The notes under the pieces: model-generated
The model's input: the letters and a program-made list of their open reading frames with translations, nothing else
The model's database searches: none
Told to the model about the DNA's origin: nothing
Origin: the human T2T-CHM13v2.0 reference genome, Homo sapiens
Reading direction: 5' to 3'
NCBI GenBank assembly: GCA_009914755.4
Contig: CP086569.2
Coordinates: 22,336,001-22,400,000, forward strand
DNA: 64,000 nucleotides
Shown: piece by piece, positions 12,311 through 26,215 of the stretch
Layout: each line of letters starts with the position of its first letter
Position numbering within the stretch: position 1 is the stretch's first letter
Position numbers and translations under genes: made by a program

Positions 12311-13224
12311 ATTTAGTTTGTAATTCTGAATCTGTTGGCAGTGGCATCAGATTATTATTTTCATATCAGGGTGAAATTCCTCTTATAAAGACTCTCAGCT
12401 GAAGGAGATGAGTTCTTTTTGTGAGACATAATGAACCATTTATTTCAAGCCTATCTAGAAATGACAGTGTTAAAAAAAATAACTCGGCATTACAGCAAAG
12501 CCAAAAGTCACATGGATCCCACTCATCCCAATCAGTATATCCAAAAGGTGGAAAAGAGGAAAAGCGGGTTATGCCTGCGGTCTCCAAAGCAGAGAGAATT
12601 TTCAAGAGATTGTGTCAGATTATTCTCCAGGAGGCAGCTATAGTTCATAGGTATGTGTTGTGTAAACACGAGCGCGATGATGAACCAAAGAAAATGTACT
12701 TATCCCTATGTTTTTCTTTTGTATTATCATTTTAAGAAACATTGTGTATATAGAATTTCTTCATGACATGTCATAAACTATTGTTTAATGAACTCATATC
12801 TAAGTTATTCATTGTGTCAAACAATGTCAAGGAATCATGATTTGTTATGACCTGCTACAGATAGGTGATGTGAAATAGCAAAATGAGAGCATACAGAAAG
12901 GGCAGATCATGGTCTGAGAACCTCACCAAGAGGTTCAGGTGAGCTGAATGCATGTCAGGGATTCAGAAAAAGATATTTGTTATTATGGGCTTTGAAGCCA
13001 AAGGAAGTACTCTTTGTACATTCGTTTAACTCATTTGGGGAGTTTGGTTTATTATTTACACTGTTCTCTTTGCCCTTTCTCATTGTTTTCTCCAACTGGG
13101 GCTGTTACTATGTGAAAGCTGGTTTCTTTCATCAGATCTCATAGGCTCTCATGATGTTTCATTTATTTTTATTCTCCTCACACTACATAGTTTTAGTTTA
13201 CCCAATTTGACTCTTTTTTGTTGG

Positions 13225-13530
13225 TTTGTTTTCTGAGAATGAGTCTTACTCTGTCTCCTAGGTTGGAGAGCAGCACCATGATCTCAGCCCACTGCAGCCT
13301 GGACACCCCACACCCATGTGATCCTCTCAACTCAGACTCTCACATAGCTGGCACTACAGGTGCATGCTACCCCTCCCAGCTACATATTAATTAATTAATT
13401 ACTTTTTAGACATGGGCCCATGTTACCCCAAGTTGGTCTGGAACTCCTGAGTGCAGGCAGTCCTGCCACCTCACCTGTCAAAGTGCTGGGATTACAGGTG
13501 TGACCCAGGGCCCTGGCATGGCTTTTTGAG
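13225..13530 (-). mobile_element. Alu SINE (antisense, diverged) with internal (TTAA)n
   Basis: 'gagaatgagtcttactctgtctcctaggttggagagcagcaccatgatctcagcccactgcagcct...ctcctgagtgcaggcagtcctgccacctcacctgtcaaagtgctgggattacaggtgtgacc'. Confidence 0.7.
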
Positions 13531-13799
13531 TTTTTTGCTTTTTTCTTCTGCCTCCTCACATCTTCTTTTGAAACATGCAGTGAAGGTTTCAATTCATAGA
13601 CTATAGTCTCCAAGCCTGTAATTTCTATCTTTCAGTTGATCATCTACATTGGGATTTATTTTTATTTTTATGTATATGTTTTAACTTACCAAACGACATT
13701 GCATTCTTTCCTGTGTCATGAAAAATACATTGATACAGATAGAAAGGAATAGCACTTCTTTATAATACAATACTTTATTGACATTTATTCTCTTAAGGT

Positions 13800-15440
13800 A
13801 TTTAAAATTTTATGTTTATTTTTTTAATTGTCATATGAAATGATACATATTTATAATTTAAGGGGTGACTTTCAAAAGGTCATATGTGTTATGCATGAGA
13901 TACATCCAGCTGATCAGCACATGCATGATCTCACCTACTTGTCATTTTTGAGGTGATAAAACTCGACATGCACTGTCTTAGAATTTTGTAGAGGAAGTAT
14001 GCATTATCACTAGTTATAGTCAGCATGCTGTAGAAAAGTTTTTAACCTATTCCTCCTTTCTAATTAGAAATATGTATTATTGATCCAACATCCTCTTCAC
14101 TAAACACCACCCCACCAGTGGAGTCACTACTGCTGTGAGGTCCGCTTTTTAGATTTCATGTAAGAATGAGGTCATGTGTTATTTGCCTTTCTGATATATG
14201 GCTTATGTCACTTAACAAAATGGCATGCATACATTCAGCAGATTCAGACATACTGTCACAACTGGCTATAGCGAAACTGTAAAAAGTGCAGCAGTAATTG
14301 CATGTGTGCATGCACCGCTTCAACATGCTGATTTGTGTACTTCTGGGTGTGCCCCGGTATTCTGATTTGCTGCATCACATGGTGGGTGGTTCTACTTGTA
14401 GACTTCTGAAGAGCTTTTATACTTAAATAAAAGCCATAAAGTTTCTTGTAATGCCTGCACTAATTTACATTCTCACCAAAAGTGTGCAAGGATTTCCTTT
14501 TCTCTGCATCCTCACCAGAAATGAGGTGGTCTTTTTTTTTGTTTTTTGTTTTTTTTGTCTTTTGGATAATAGGCATTCTGACTGAAGTGAGATGAAATAT
14601 CACTGTGGTTTTTATTTGCATTTTCCTGATGCATTAGGGATGATGAGCGCTTTTTACTGTGTCTTCTGGGCAGCCGTATGTCTTAGTTTCACAAATGACT
14701 ATTCACATCCTTAGTCCATTTGTTTTCATGCTATTGAGTTGTTGGAGTTCCTTATGTACTGTAAATATTCACCCATTAACAGATGTATGGTGATCCAATA
14801 ATTTTTCCCATCCTATAAGATGTCCCTTCCCTCTGTTTAGTTTCCTGTGGTGTGCTGAAGCACTTTAGATTGATATAACCCTATTCTCTATTTTTCATAG
14901 TGTTTACTTTGCTCTTGAAGTCACTTTGAGACCATCATTGCCCATACCAATGTCATGGAGCTTCTTCCTTGTGTTTTATTCTGGTATTTTTATCATTTTA
15001 GGTCTGACATTGGAGTTTGGTGAGAAATAATCTACTTTTAAAATCCTTTATGTGGACATTCAGGTTTTACCCAACCTAGTTTATAGAAGATATTCGATTT
15101 TCCATTGGGTGTTCTTGCTTCTTTGGGAAAACGTCGTGAGCTGCAAACGCAGTGAGTTAGTTCTGGGCCCTGATTGTTTTTAATAAGCTCATGTCTCTCC
15201 TTTTCTGTCAGTATTGTTCTATTTTGGTACGTAAAACTTTGTTATATATTGTGAAGTTAGGTAGTGTGATACCTCGAGATTTGTGCTTTTTACTGGATTG
15301 CTCTGGTTCTTCAGGATCCTCTGCCATTTCATAGCAAATGGAGGATTCTCAGATTGTTTTTCTATGAAGAATGGGTCATTGATATTTTTACAGGGGTTGT
15401 ATAGAATCTGTAGATCACTTAGGTAGTGATGATGTCAATC
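13800..15440 (-). mobile_element. L1 (LINE-1) internal/3' fragment, old subfamily, antisense
   Basis: Matches antisense L1 ORF2/3' region motifs: 'ttctcaccaaaagtgtgcaaggatttcc...ctcaccag' (cf. 'tacactcccaccaacagtgtaaaagtgttcc'); 'gccttttgataataggcattctgactgaagtgagatgaaatatcactgtggtttttatttgcattttcctgatg'; 'accaatgtcatggagcttcttcc'; 'tgtgaagttaggtagtgtgatacctc'. Strand was inferred from memory of the L1 3'UTR, not from a computed alignment. Confidence 0.55.
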
Positions 15441-15449
15441 ACATTTAGA

Positions 15450-16950
15450 CAATGTGTGTCTGTGTGCACAGGCTCAGGGCCAAGAGACACTGGGTGTCAT
15501 CACCAATAGTGAGATGGGCCTTAATGTCCAGCCAGATTTCCTTCCTGGACACACACAGAAGGTCCCCTTCCATTTTGCCATCTCTTCACATTTCCTCCCC
15601 AGTGAACCCTGTGTGGTCCTCCAGATTGCCTGTGTGATGGCCTGTCTTTTCTGAGGGTGGGCAGGGGCTGAGTGAATGAGCATGGCAGAGGGGCAAAAGC
15701 ATGTCAGCAGAGCCTGGAATCATCGAAACGGAACTTGACAGACCTGGGAGAGCCATTCTGGGAGGGTGTAGACCGAGACAGACCTCAGGTGGGCAACTGT
15801 GTGGAGGGTGAGAGCACCCTGGTTGAGTTCAAACTGAGCCTCAGGTGGTAGCAGGCCTCAGGGCAGGGAAGCGAGATTACAAGGGATAATGAGGCAGCTA
15901 TCCCTTGAGCCTGGCTTCTCACCCATTGACCTTAGTTACTTATGCCTCTTAAGCAGCTTAGGGTTCCCCAATCCTGAAATGTGGGTACTACAGTTCCCTG
16001 ATGGGCCTTTCTCCCCCAGCCCATGCATGGTCTGAGTATGCTTACCGCAGTCTCCTCCCTGAGCCTTGGCTTCACTATGTGTCCTAGCTCCAGGACCCAC
16101 AGGCCTCTCATCCCCCAGCCCTGGGCTGCTCCCCAGCCTCCTCTCTGTTCCCTCTCTGAGGGCCTAACTCCCTTGGGTAGTGCTGCATGAGATTGAGCCA
16201 CGGGCCCTGGCTGATGATCTGGGGGACTGGGCAAAGTGGTCATGACAGGTCAGGTTCTGGTTCAAAGCCAATTCCTCCGACACCAAGCAATGACCAGCAA
16301 GGTCCTTTCCCATGATGCCCCACCGCCACCCCACCTCAGCAACCCTTCATACCCTGGGCAGTCACCATCAGCCAACCAGCTGAAGAAACTCAGTTAGGTG
16401 TATCCTGCCTGAAACTGGGGCCTTCACTTGCATAACCCTAGAACCACTGGACACAGTGGAGCCAGTCACCCTCTATCCTGGAGCGAGAGGAGTTGGGAAG
16501 GCTCATGCCAAACCTAGCTTCCCACATACCACCCCCTCTACCATGCGGGGAGGCACTCCTTATTGAGAATTCCAATGCAGTACTCCTTAATGATCACTTC
16601 GTTGCAGAAGTAAATGTTGCGATGAAAGGCAAACTTCATCCTTCCACCAGTACTCAGGATGGCTGAGTTCCTCCACCTGCCTGTCCAAGAAGGAGAAAGA
16701 GGATAGTCAAGGGACAGTTTCATCTAGGTGGGCTGAGGTGGCCTGCTAGCTGGGGTGAAGCATGTGTTTCCCCTTCCCAGCTCTCCCACTGAGACACCCC
16801 CATGCTCCAGGAGGACCTCAACCTGACCAGGACCTTGGAACCCTCCCCAAGACCCAGGCTTCCCATCCTGACCTGCAAATCCATCATGTGGCTTTGCAGG
16901 ACTTCCTCATGGTTTCTGAGCTACTTGCTCTCACCAGAAATAACCATAAC
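15450..16950 (-). pseudogene. Third, partial copy of the TSPY-family pseudogene block (fragment A2; exon3/4-like region only); homologous to 3540-5030 and 46860-48330
   Basis: 15500 'ccagccagatttccttcctggacacacacagaaggtccccttccattttg' parallels 3590 and 46920. Minus-strand translation 'GRMKFAFHRNIYFCNEVIIKEYCIGILNK' (16538-16723) is the NAP exon-3 motif. The fragment abuts the L1 at 15440. Confidence 0.55.
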
Positions 16951-19834
16951 TTTTAAACTGTTCTTTATGTCAAATTAAATTTTTCATTTTTACTACCTCA
17001 TGTGTTGGATGAGGCACATATTTTTAAATTTATTTTCACCCTTATTGTACCTCTGTGATAAACAGTTTACTAACATTCATACCATAATTATCTTTCAGTT
17101 TTACTTGTCTGTTCCTAAAGATTCACTGACACTAAGAATTCTATTTATGCTTGTCTCTTTCAGCAACCATATGTCAGATAATGATGCATATTACTGCAGA
17201 AATCACATATACAGGTCCAAAGGGAGATGAAGAAGAAGAAAGTAAGCTTTAAAGTCCATACATTCCGCATACTGCATCAGAATCATAGTGAAATCAAAGA
17301 ATGATCACAGTCAATTCCATCTCATATCTACACTAAAATGTGAAACTTCAAAAGAAAAGAAAGTTAAGAACTTTTGGCTTGTAAAAATTTTCCTATATAT
17401 ATAAAATTATTGGTAACCCTATCTCACTAGAAAATATAAATAAAAATCCATGTTTTGTATATGTGTAAATATAAATATTTTTATTTCCATCAGTTATGAC
17501 ACACAAGCAAGTAGTAAAGCAAAAGTACAATACAATGATATATAGAAATTTCTGTCTCAAAATATTCAGTTGAGACTACTAATATTATGAAAACCATAAA
17601 GAATGCTTCATGAAACTACATTATACATTACTTTTTAGTATATTAGTTATGTTTTAAATAAACGGCAAATTAAAGGGAATTCTTCAACATTATTTATTAC
17701 TAGTACCGTTTATGTACTTGAGTAATCCTTTTGAAATTAAGTATTTAAATAAAACATTAAAAACAAATTATATTTACTGATTTCAGCTTTTGATGAAATC
17801 ATGTCTGTTTGTAGTAATGTGAAGTATAACTTTCTCCCCACAATTAATCTTTTATGACACCCTTGTTATTGTTTGCTCTGATACAAACACTGTGATATCT
17901 CATGGCTTTAATGTACCATATATTACATGCCTCCAGAGAGTAGGCTTCAGACAGTTGGAAAAATTACATTTGTGACAAAATTCTAGGAAAGAATGGTAAA
18001 ATGGGAGAATAATTTCTAATTGTTGGTTAATGGATTTGTATATATTTAGATATAGACACATATTTGCACATGGCAAGTTTGCATATGTACATATAAATTT
18101 ATATGACATACACGTAATATATGGCTTGTGCAATCTTTTAATTCACAATTTTATATGTTTGAAATTTGATAAGCGGTTACCTTAGCTATACTCAATTTGA
18201 TGGAAAGCCAACACAATCTCTGTGAACATTCATTTTAATTAATCCAATAATGTTAACTGCTGATAGCTTCATTCTCCTTGTTAGTTGTTGGCAACCGGAA
18301 GGTTGATTCTCACTCTAATTACCTCTCAGGGTGAGATCCACAAGAGACTGTCACCTTGCTGTGCGTTGTGACCTCTGACTCCTCCTCTTTTTTCCTATAG
18401 CAGTCTTACCATTGCATATTTAATAAACTTTGTACATGGTTAAAAGGATAAAAGTTTAGTGAAATATCAAGCCATGCTGTCAAATGTTCCATTGTTTCTA
18501 TATCTCTAATTGACCTTTCATATTATAGAGGACAAGAAAAATAATTTAGTAGGTTTCTTAGTATCCAGTCCAGTGCACTGTTTCTTACTAATACGCCAAA
18601 ACCATCCCTTCAAGGCACAGACATTTAAACACAGCTGGACATCTCAAAATCTCTTCTCATTAATAACCAGGATGTTAATCACTGTTGCCCAGAACTGGAA
18701 TCTGACTGTGAAATCCCTGGGTGGAAATTGCTCTAATATCTCAAACTATGGGAATGACTATTTCTCGGCATAATTACTGCTGCCATCTTGCTGAAACATA
18801 TCACATTAGATGGCACCTTTTAGTTACATAAATCCTGTTATTAATTTTTAATGTCTCACATTTATATGATATTGCACAAGTAAAGAACTTTGATAACTTA
18901 AATGGTTAACTGAGCAATGGTTAACTAAAACAACTCACAGGAATTCAGACATTCATTTACTTACTAGGAGTTCCATACATCATTAACTTCTGATTAAAAC
19001 AAAGTTGGGAAATTGGTTACTAAAGTATGTATTTCAGGGTATTTTAAGAAACTACCCATGCCATATAGGATGCCTCACCTGCAGGGATAAAGCTTTAGCA
19101 TAAATGTTTGAAAGCAAAAAAAATCTGAACAATACTGGCAACATGGCATCCCAATCGTGTGATCAAGTGCATATTTGTGCATCTAAGGAGGCAACTTAAA
19201 TGATGTATAATAATACCATCTTCATCCACCCCAGTACCTCTTTTATTTAAAACTAACAAATGTTTCACTATTTGCAAGAAAAAAATGAGTTCTTACTCTT
19301 TTGTGTAATTGGTATTTCTACTGAGTTGTTTTAATCTTCCTATGAACTGTGAATGCTTACTAACTTTATCGGTAAAGTGAGAATGCAACTGTACTTAGCT
19401 CGTAATACTATACTGAGATAATATGACTCAAGAAATATAGATTTGCCTAGATAACACCTGGGATGTACTAAGCAACACATAATTCTTCTCATATCAATTG
19501 CCTATCATAATTCTTCAAATATATGGCCATAATAAAAATACAGGTGTTTTATATATAAAATAAATGTCTTTTGTCCTTAATATCTCTCTACATTTGCCTT
19601 CATAACCTCAACACAAAACACCCAGGGAATCCGTTTTCAGCTGAGCTGACTAGCAGTTATTAGGGTTTAAACAAACAGAATAAAGATTTCAAAAGTAGAT
19701 GACTAGATACAAGAAATCACACTTTTACCATAAAAATAATTTTTCTCAAGCTACTGCAACTGCAAACTTGAAAAAAAATTAAGTCTAACATATTGCAGCA
19801 TTCTAAAATCTAAAATTTCCTCTTTGAGATCCAG

Positions 19835-20120
19835 TGGTTCATGCCTGGAATCCCAGCTTTTTTGGTGGCTGAGAAGGGAGGACTCTTTGAAGCCCAGAGT
19901 TGGAGACCAGCCTAGGCAACCTAGTAAGACCTAACTCTACAAAAGTAATTAATTAATTAATTAATTAATTAGGGCATTATGACACACATCTGTTGTTCTA
20001 GTTAGGAGCTCAAGGTTGCAGTGGGCACTGATGGCACACTGCACTTCAGCCTGGGCCACAGGGCAAGAATTTGTCTCTAAAAAAATACAATAAAACAAAA
20101 CAAAACAAAACAAAAACACT
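19835..20120 (+). mobile_element. Alu SINE with (TTAA)n in the linker and (CAAAA)n tail
   Basis: 'cagtggttcatgcctggaatcccagc...' then 'taattaattaattaattaattaattag', then 'gcagtgggcactgatggcacactgcacttcagcctgggccacagggcaag..aaaacaaaacaaaacaaaac'. Confidence 0.8.
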
Positions 20121-20999
20121 TTCAGGTGTTTTTTGGAAGTTTGTATAATTGCTCCAAAAGCATAGACATTGTTTAAAGTTGAGCAGTTCATGAGGAATGG
20201 GCAGAGAAAATTGTTTATATTTTTTTCCAAAAATCAGGATAAATGTCAGAATATTATGTATAAATATCTAATAATCCTTTGTAAAATAAATACTGACAAA
20301 TGTCAAGCCATTATCTTTATAGTCTTTTCCTTCAAAACATTCATAGCTTAATTGGAGAATGAAGAGAAGAACAATAATTGCAATGTACTGTGACAAGTGT
20401 TACAACATATTTAGTAACTTAGTAGGAGAGGAAGAAAGTTCTTAACTGGGTTTAGAGGGGTTTTGGGAACCTTCTTAGGGTAGGAACAATCTACTAGATC
20501 TGTAAGAATACAAATTTGCAAGAAGAATGTTTGGGGTAAAAACACTGTGGGAGAAAAGAAATATTTTTTCTGTCAATGATAGAAGCACTAACAGACCATA
20601 TGATGCCATCCGCCCAAATATTAGACCATACTAGCTCAATAAATATTTCTTGAATGAATCAATGAATGAAAGATATTGGGAAAGGGTCCTGGAAGGGATT
20701 TTAAAAATCCTAAAGGGAAAAGTAAATACCCTTGACGTTACAATTTTGCCATTTTTGCTTTGTGTCCTTGTTATGATTACTACTGCATAAGCTCTGATTT
20801 ACTTTTTTCAGTCTTCACAAATATCATGCATGAATAGTTCCTCATACTACTCCTCTCTTGATCCTCTGATATTATATTTTTCTCTGATATTCCTTTGTGT
20901 GTGCTGGGTTTATATGCCCATAAATACATCAATCGCTCTCATGGCACTGTTTGGTAATAGAGAGGCCTAGCCCCTGGGAGACGTGGTTCCTAGGCTCCC

Positions 21000-22100
21000 A
21001 TAAAAATTACTTCCTGTTTCAGTTCAGTCGTGGGGTGACACTGCAGAGATTAGAGAACAAGAAGAGGAGATAAGTCAGTTTGTGTCCAGGGGAGACACTG
21101 CAGAGTTTGGAGAACAAGAAGAGGAGAGAAGCCAGTTTGTGTCCCTCTCCTTCTCTGTAGGGAATATGTTTCCGCAGTGATTCCATGGCCTGCAGGAGAA
21201 GCTCTCTGTGTTTCCATTTCCTATACCCTAACCCTAGACTCTTCTAATGCCATTTCCTCCAATAGTCTTCTCTAAAGAATTTGGGTATTACTATTGGAGA
21301 TTTAAATTAAAACTATTGATATGGAAGGGAAGGCAGGCAAGTGCTGGGTAGAGCACGGCCTGGTCCTTGGCTAGGGCTCCACCCTCAGGCCTGTGCTCAC
21401 TGACCTAGGTGAGGACGCGCACTTCTGTTTTCTTGCCCAAATGTTGCATTTCCGAAGACCACCCTGGCCTGCCACACCTCCATCCTGTGATAAAAGAAAC
21501 CCCGAGACCCCAGTAGGCATTGACACAGCAGCTGGGCGTCGAGAGGAACCATCAGCAGAAAAAGACACAGCAACTGGACCTCGAGAAGACACTGGAGGAA
21601 GAAGAGCACAAAGACAGAGGCGGCAGACAATCCACCGCAGAAGAACACGGAGTTCTGCCCGGCTGTGGAAGGACAGTCCTAAGCTGCCTCATTCCAAGGG
21701 AAACCACTTTCCTGCTCCATTTCCCTTCTGGGTCCCCATCTGTCTGTTGAGAACTTCCACTCAATGAAACCTGCACTTATTCTCTAAGCCCACGTGTGAA
21801 CCATTTCTTCAGGTTCACCAAGGCAAGAAACCCCTGAATTGAGATAGCTCTCTGTCTTTCCAGTAAGACAGGGTGTCTGATGGAGCTGACTAACACAAGC
21901 CACCTACAGATGGATAAACTAAAACAACACCGTGTAACACATGACCGCTGGGGATTCTGGAGCTGTGAACATTTATCCCTAGATACTGCCTGGGATCAGA
22001 GCCCCACAACCTGTCCTCATTGCACGCCCAGTGGGGGAGGGGAGACAAGGGACGTTTTCTCATTTCAATATGAGTCTGTTTCCAATGCAGCGTGCTTTCT
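21000..22100. mobile_element. Possible LTR/ERV-derived segment, with a tandem ~40-bp duplicate at 21040-21135
   Basis: 'cactgcagag(a/t)ttggagaacaagaagaggaga.aag.cagtttgtgtcc' appears twice in tandem. The region is moderately GC-rich and ends in an LTR-like 'ccactcaatgaaacctgcacttattctctaagcc'. I did not recognise the family. Confidence 0.25.
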
Positions 22101-25100
22101 ATAATCCTGCAGTATTACCTCATTGCATATATTTGACAAAATAAGTTACAAACTATAAGTAATGTGAGAAGAAAATAAATGCTGGAGAATAAGGAAAACA
22201 ATGAAACTTTGTGTCAGTAAGGAATGTTTTTTACTTCATACAACAGAAAAAGTAAACATGAATTAAACCAACAGGGATTTCTAGTTTTCACTTGTGAAGT
22301 AGCCATAGTTAGAGAGTTGCTGCCTTTAATCAGTTGCTCTGCTGCATGGTAGTAGCAGAGAATTTTTTGGCTTTCTCTAAGGTGAAATCTAGCTGAAATT
22401 CAACACCATGCTGGCTCCAGTTGTTCCTAGCCAGCTTTGCCCACACCCTGGTTTTCCACAGTCTTATCAAGTCCTAGTTTATGCAGCTATTTTAATAGTG
22501 TATTTTTGTTAGTCATGTGAAACAGCTGCCTGAGATTTTCTATGCTCCTGCAGTCACCTAGTATTTTTCCTGTCTCAAATTACGTGCCTTGCTCACTTTT
22601 TTCCTCAGGACACTATAGGATGTTCCTTAGTTAATTTTTTTTAAAGAGAATTGTTACACCAGTTTCATTTCCCTCAAATACTTCTGAGAATTTCTGAGAA
22701 ACTTACACAAGTCTCAGCTAAACACCTGGCACTAGACCACTGCCCATTCAGCTGCCTGTTACTGACTTCTTTCGTTGGATAAGATTCCCCCGGCAGCAAC
22801 TGCCTGTGTCCTCCCACCTCCACTTGGTGTCCTTTAGACCAACATCTAATGTTTTAACTCTTAGATATAGCATAAAGCGTTTATAGGATACAAAACAACA
22901 ATCAGATACAAAAGATTGAGTCATTCTTTTTTAAACTCTTATTTTACTTTATAGTTTGTCTTATCGGAAATTAGAGACCCAGAGAGTAGAAACAGTGCTT
23001 CCTCTTCATCTACCCTAATGCATCTCAAACGTGTCTCATGACTTGCTTTGTATGAGATGTCCATGTATGAGTTCCCATAAAATGTTGCATAATTTATACA
23101 TGCAAATGGTCCTACAAAACATTACTAATTTTTAAAGATAAATCCACATTCAAAAGTAAAGATTTTCAAAACCAGAAATAATTTACAGAAATGCTACATA
23201 TTGTAGCATAATTATCATAATGTGGAAATGGAAATTCAGACAAGCTTTCACATTGTTACTGAGAGTACTTTTTCTTGAAGACCTATAGTTCTGGCTATCT
23301 GCGTTCCAGGAATATTTTTATTATTTTTTAACCACCTCATAACCAAATGGCCCACAAGGTTAGATTTTTCATGATAGAGTGTTTGACTAAAGAGTCAAAA
23401 GCTCTTGCAACAGAGAACATCCTTAGCAATTAGTTGACCAAAGTCTCAAAGTTCCCAAGGCCAATCCTTAGGGTTCAATCTCAGACTGTCACAGTGTTTT
23501 CTGTAGAACACTGGCTTTAAGTAGGCAGCAATTTTCACATTTATAATCTATTGGTGGAAAGTCTGGTCCTAAAGTAAGAGTAGCAGATGTAACTCTCCTT
23601 TCATGACAAGTTTGACACTCAGGAGATGATAAACTTATAGGAAAAAAATGGCTTTCTCCATTTTCCAGATGAAATTAGAGTAAATATATGAACAATATTT
23701 CAAAACATTCTAGAAAAAATTAAAGAAGAATATATTAGAAAACAAAACTTTAGCCAGTATCAGTCTTTGACAACAAAGTTAACCATTTTACCTATACAGT
23801 ATAAATGTATTTACAAATAAAGCGTATGCAGAGGGAGATGTTTCTTGCATTGTATAAACTTTCTCCAGTCATATCCTAGGCACTCGTTTAAAATAGGTCA
23901 TTGATTGAGTTACAACTATAACCTTAATGCAAATAATACAGTAGAAAGTTTTTTAAAACAGAACACATGTACACATTTGTTGGTCTTCCAGTTGTACTGT
24001 TTCTTTTGTATGCATGTGTGTATGTCTATGTAATTTTATATAGTTATAGAGAATTGATTTCATGCAAGTAATTCGAAAGTAACCAGATTTCCTTTGTAAT
24101 AAAAAGGAAAATGATTAATTGAAATTTTAGTTGAAGAGTAAAACTGTGTAAGAATTTATCCTTCTCAGGGAAAAGAAGTGTTGTGCTTTGCAGACTGAAA
24201 GAGTTCTTTCCTGAGTAAGCCAGTGTTGGTATTTACTGCAGAAATAGATTTGTTTTCGTAGACCCCTGTAGCCAGCTACCTGCAGAGAAGGAAATCCTGC
24301 TACAGAGAATTATAAATAGAATAGTTAAATATTCTTTCATTTGGGTGAAGCTTTCACATATGATATTCTTTTATATTCAGCATAATTATAAGCATTTAGT
24401 TTTAATGCACTTTCCAAAAAACTAAATTTATTATAAAAATTAACAAGATAATTGTATATCCCTCATTTAAAATTTTTAGCCTATTCAAATCTAAGAAGTC
24501 CACTCTGGAATACATGAAAATAAGATATGAAATGAATAAGAAAAGAAAATACAGCAGAATGTACCAGATGTTTTTCATGTGTTGGATGTACATATGTCTG
24601 TTAGCTTTTAGTGGCAGACAGAGTGCAGTCTACATAATTTTATTCATAGTAGATGCCTATGCATCATATAGTCACAGATAAATATTATTTCTCTGAAGAT
24701 TTAAATAGAAAGCTAGGAAAACACACCACGGCACATATGCTGAATTACATTTAAGCAAAAGTGAATTATACAGTTAAATGATATCTTCAAGGAGCTTCTG
24801 ATGACTCTCTCACTCAGTAGTTTAGGGATTAATTAAAGTTCCTAGGCTCTTTCAAACTTAGAAACACTGTGTAAGTGCTATGCATTATCATGGTAAAACG
24901 AGAGTGAAGCATAAGTGATTTGCAGCCTCACAGGCTCTTTGAAATGTGTGTCTAGCCTGATGGACAGTTTTTACCAACAGTGTTGGAAAGTGCTTATCAG
25001 ATTTGAAGATGAAATTTGCTCCATTAAAATTGTGCTAATCTGCCAAAGCAATCTTTGTTCTATATATATGTAGAGTGATGTTTCTCAAAATAGAAGAAAA

Positions 25101-25384
25101 CTTGGAATATGATTTCAAAGGTAATGTAATAAGGTAGAATTTTGACATCAGTTGTAACTTGTCTATTCTCGTTTCATTGACTCAGCTGTTGCTCTTTTAA
25201 TTAGTGCAACTAAAGTCTAGTTAATTTGCATAAAGGTAGCCATCCCATTTTTATACTTTTAAAGACACTCAGGAGACTTTTCACTGTTTCCATAAAGCTT
25301 ATATAGATTTTATTAGCATGTTTCAATTATGTAGCACTGCAATAATGTCAATTCTATAATGTAATATATCATTTCCTTTAATAA

Positions 25385-26215
25385 TGTTTTTTTATTTTTA
25401 TTTCCATTTTTATTATAGATTCAGAGGACATGTGCAGGCTTGGTTCAAAGGTATATTGCATGATGCTAAAGTTTAGTCTTCTACTGATCCCATCATCTAG
25501 ATAGTGAACCATGTACCCAATAGGAGGATTTTCAGCCCCTGCCCCTCTCCTTCTGTCCCAACTTTGAAGTCCTCAGTGTCTAATGTTCCTATCTTTATTT
25601 CTGTGTGCACCCAAGTTGTAGATCCTATTCATAAGTGCAAATATTCAATATTTGATTTTCTGTTTCCTCGTTAATTTGCTTAGGTTAATGACCTCCAGCT
25701 GCATCCATGTTGCTGCAAAGGACATGATTTTGTTCTTTTTATGGCTGTGGACTATTCCAGCGTTCATATGTACTGCATTTTCTTTATCCCATCCACGATG
25801 GATGGGCTCCTACGTTGATGCCATGTCTTCGCTATGGTGATGAATATGAGAATTCTTATGTCTTTTGGTAGCTTTAATGATTTATTTTCCTTTGAGCATA
25901 TACTGAATAATAGGATTGCTGGGTGGAATGGTACTTCTATTGTTAGTTCTTTTAGAAATTCCCAAACTGCTTTCCACAGTGACTGAACACCCTCATCACC
26001 AGTGTATAACAGTTCCTTTTGCCCTGTGACCTTGCCCACATTATTCTTCTTTTTATTATTTTGGCCTTTTAATAATAACAGTCATTCTGACTGGGTATGA
26101 GATAGTATCTTGTTGTGATTTTGATTTGGATTTCTTTGATGATCAGTGATGTTGAGCACTTTTCTTATGTTTCTTTGCCACTAGTATGTCTTAAGAAGGT
26201 ATTTTATATAAACAT
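25385..26215 (-). mobile_element. L1 (LINE-1) 3'-terminal fragment, antisense; the 3' end with poly-T (reverse-complement poly-A) is at ~25385
   Basis: 'ttttatttttatttccatttttattatagattcagaggacatgtgcaggcttggttcaaaggtat' is the reverse complement of the L1 3'UTR end '..acctgcacatgtatcccagaacttaaag'. Downstream come antisense ORF2-region motifs: 'catccatgttgctgcaaaggacatgatt..ttctttttatggctg', 'attgctgggtggaatggtacttct', 'ccacagtgactgaacaccctcatcaccagtgtataacagttcc', 'cagtcattctgactgggtatgagatagtatcttgttgtgattttgatttggatttctttgatgatcagtgatgttgagcac'. Confidence 0.7.
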
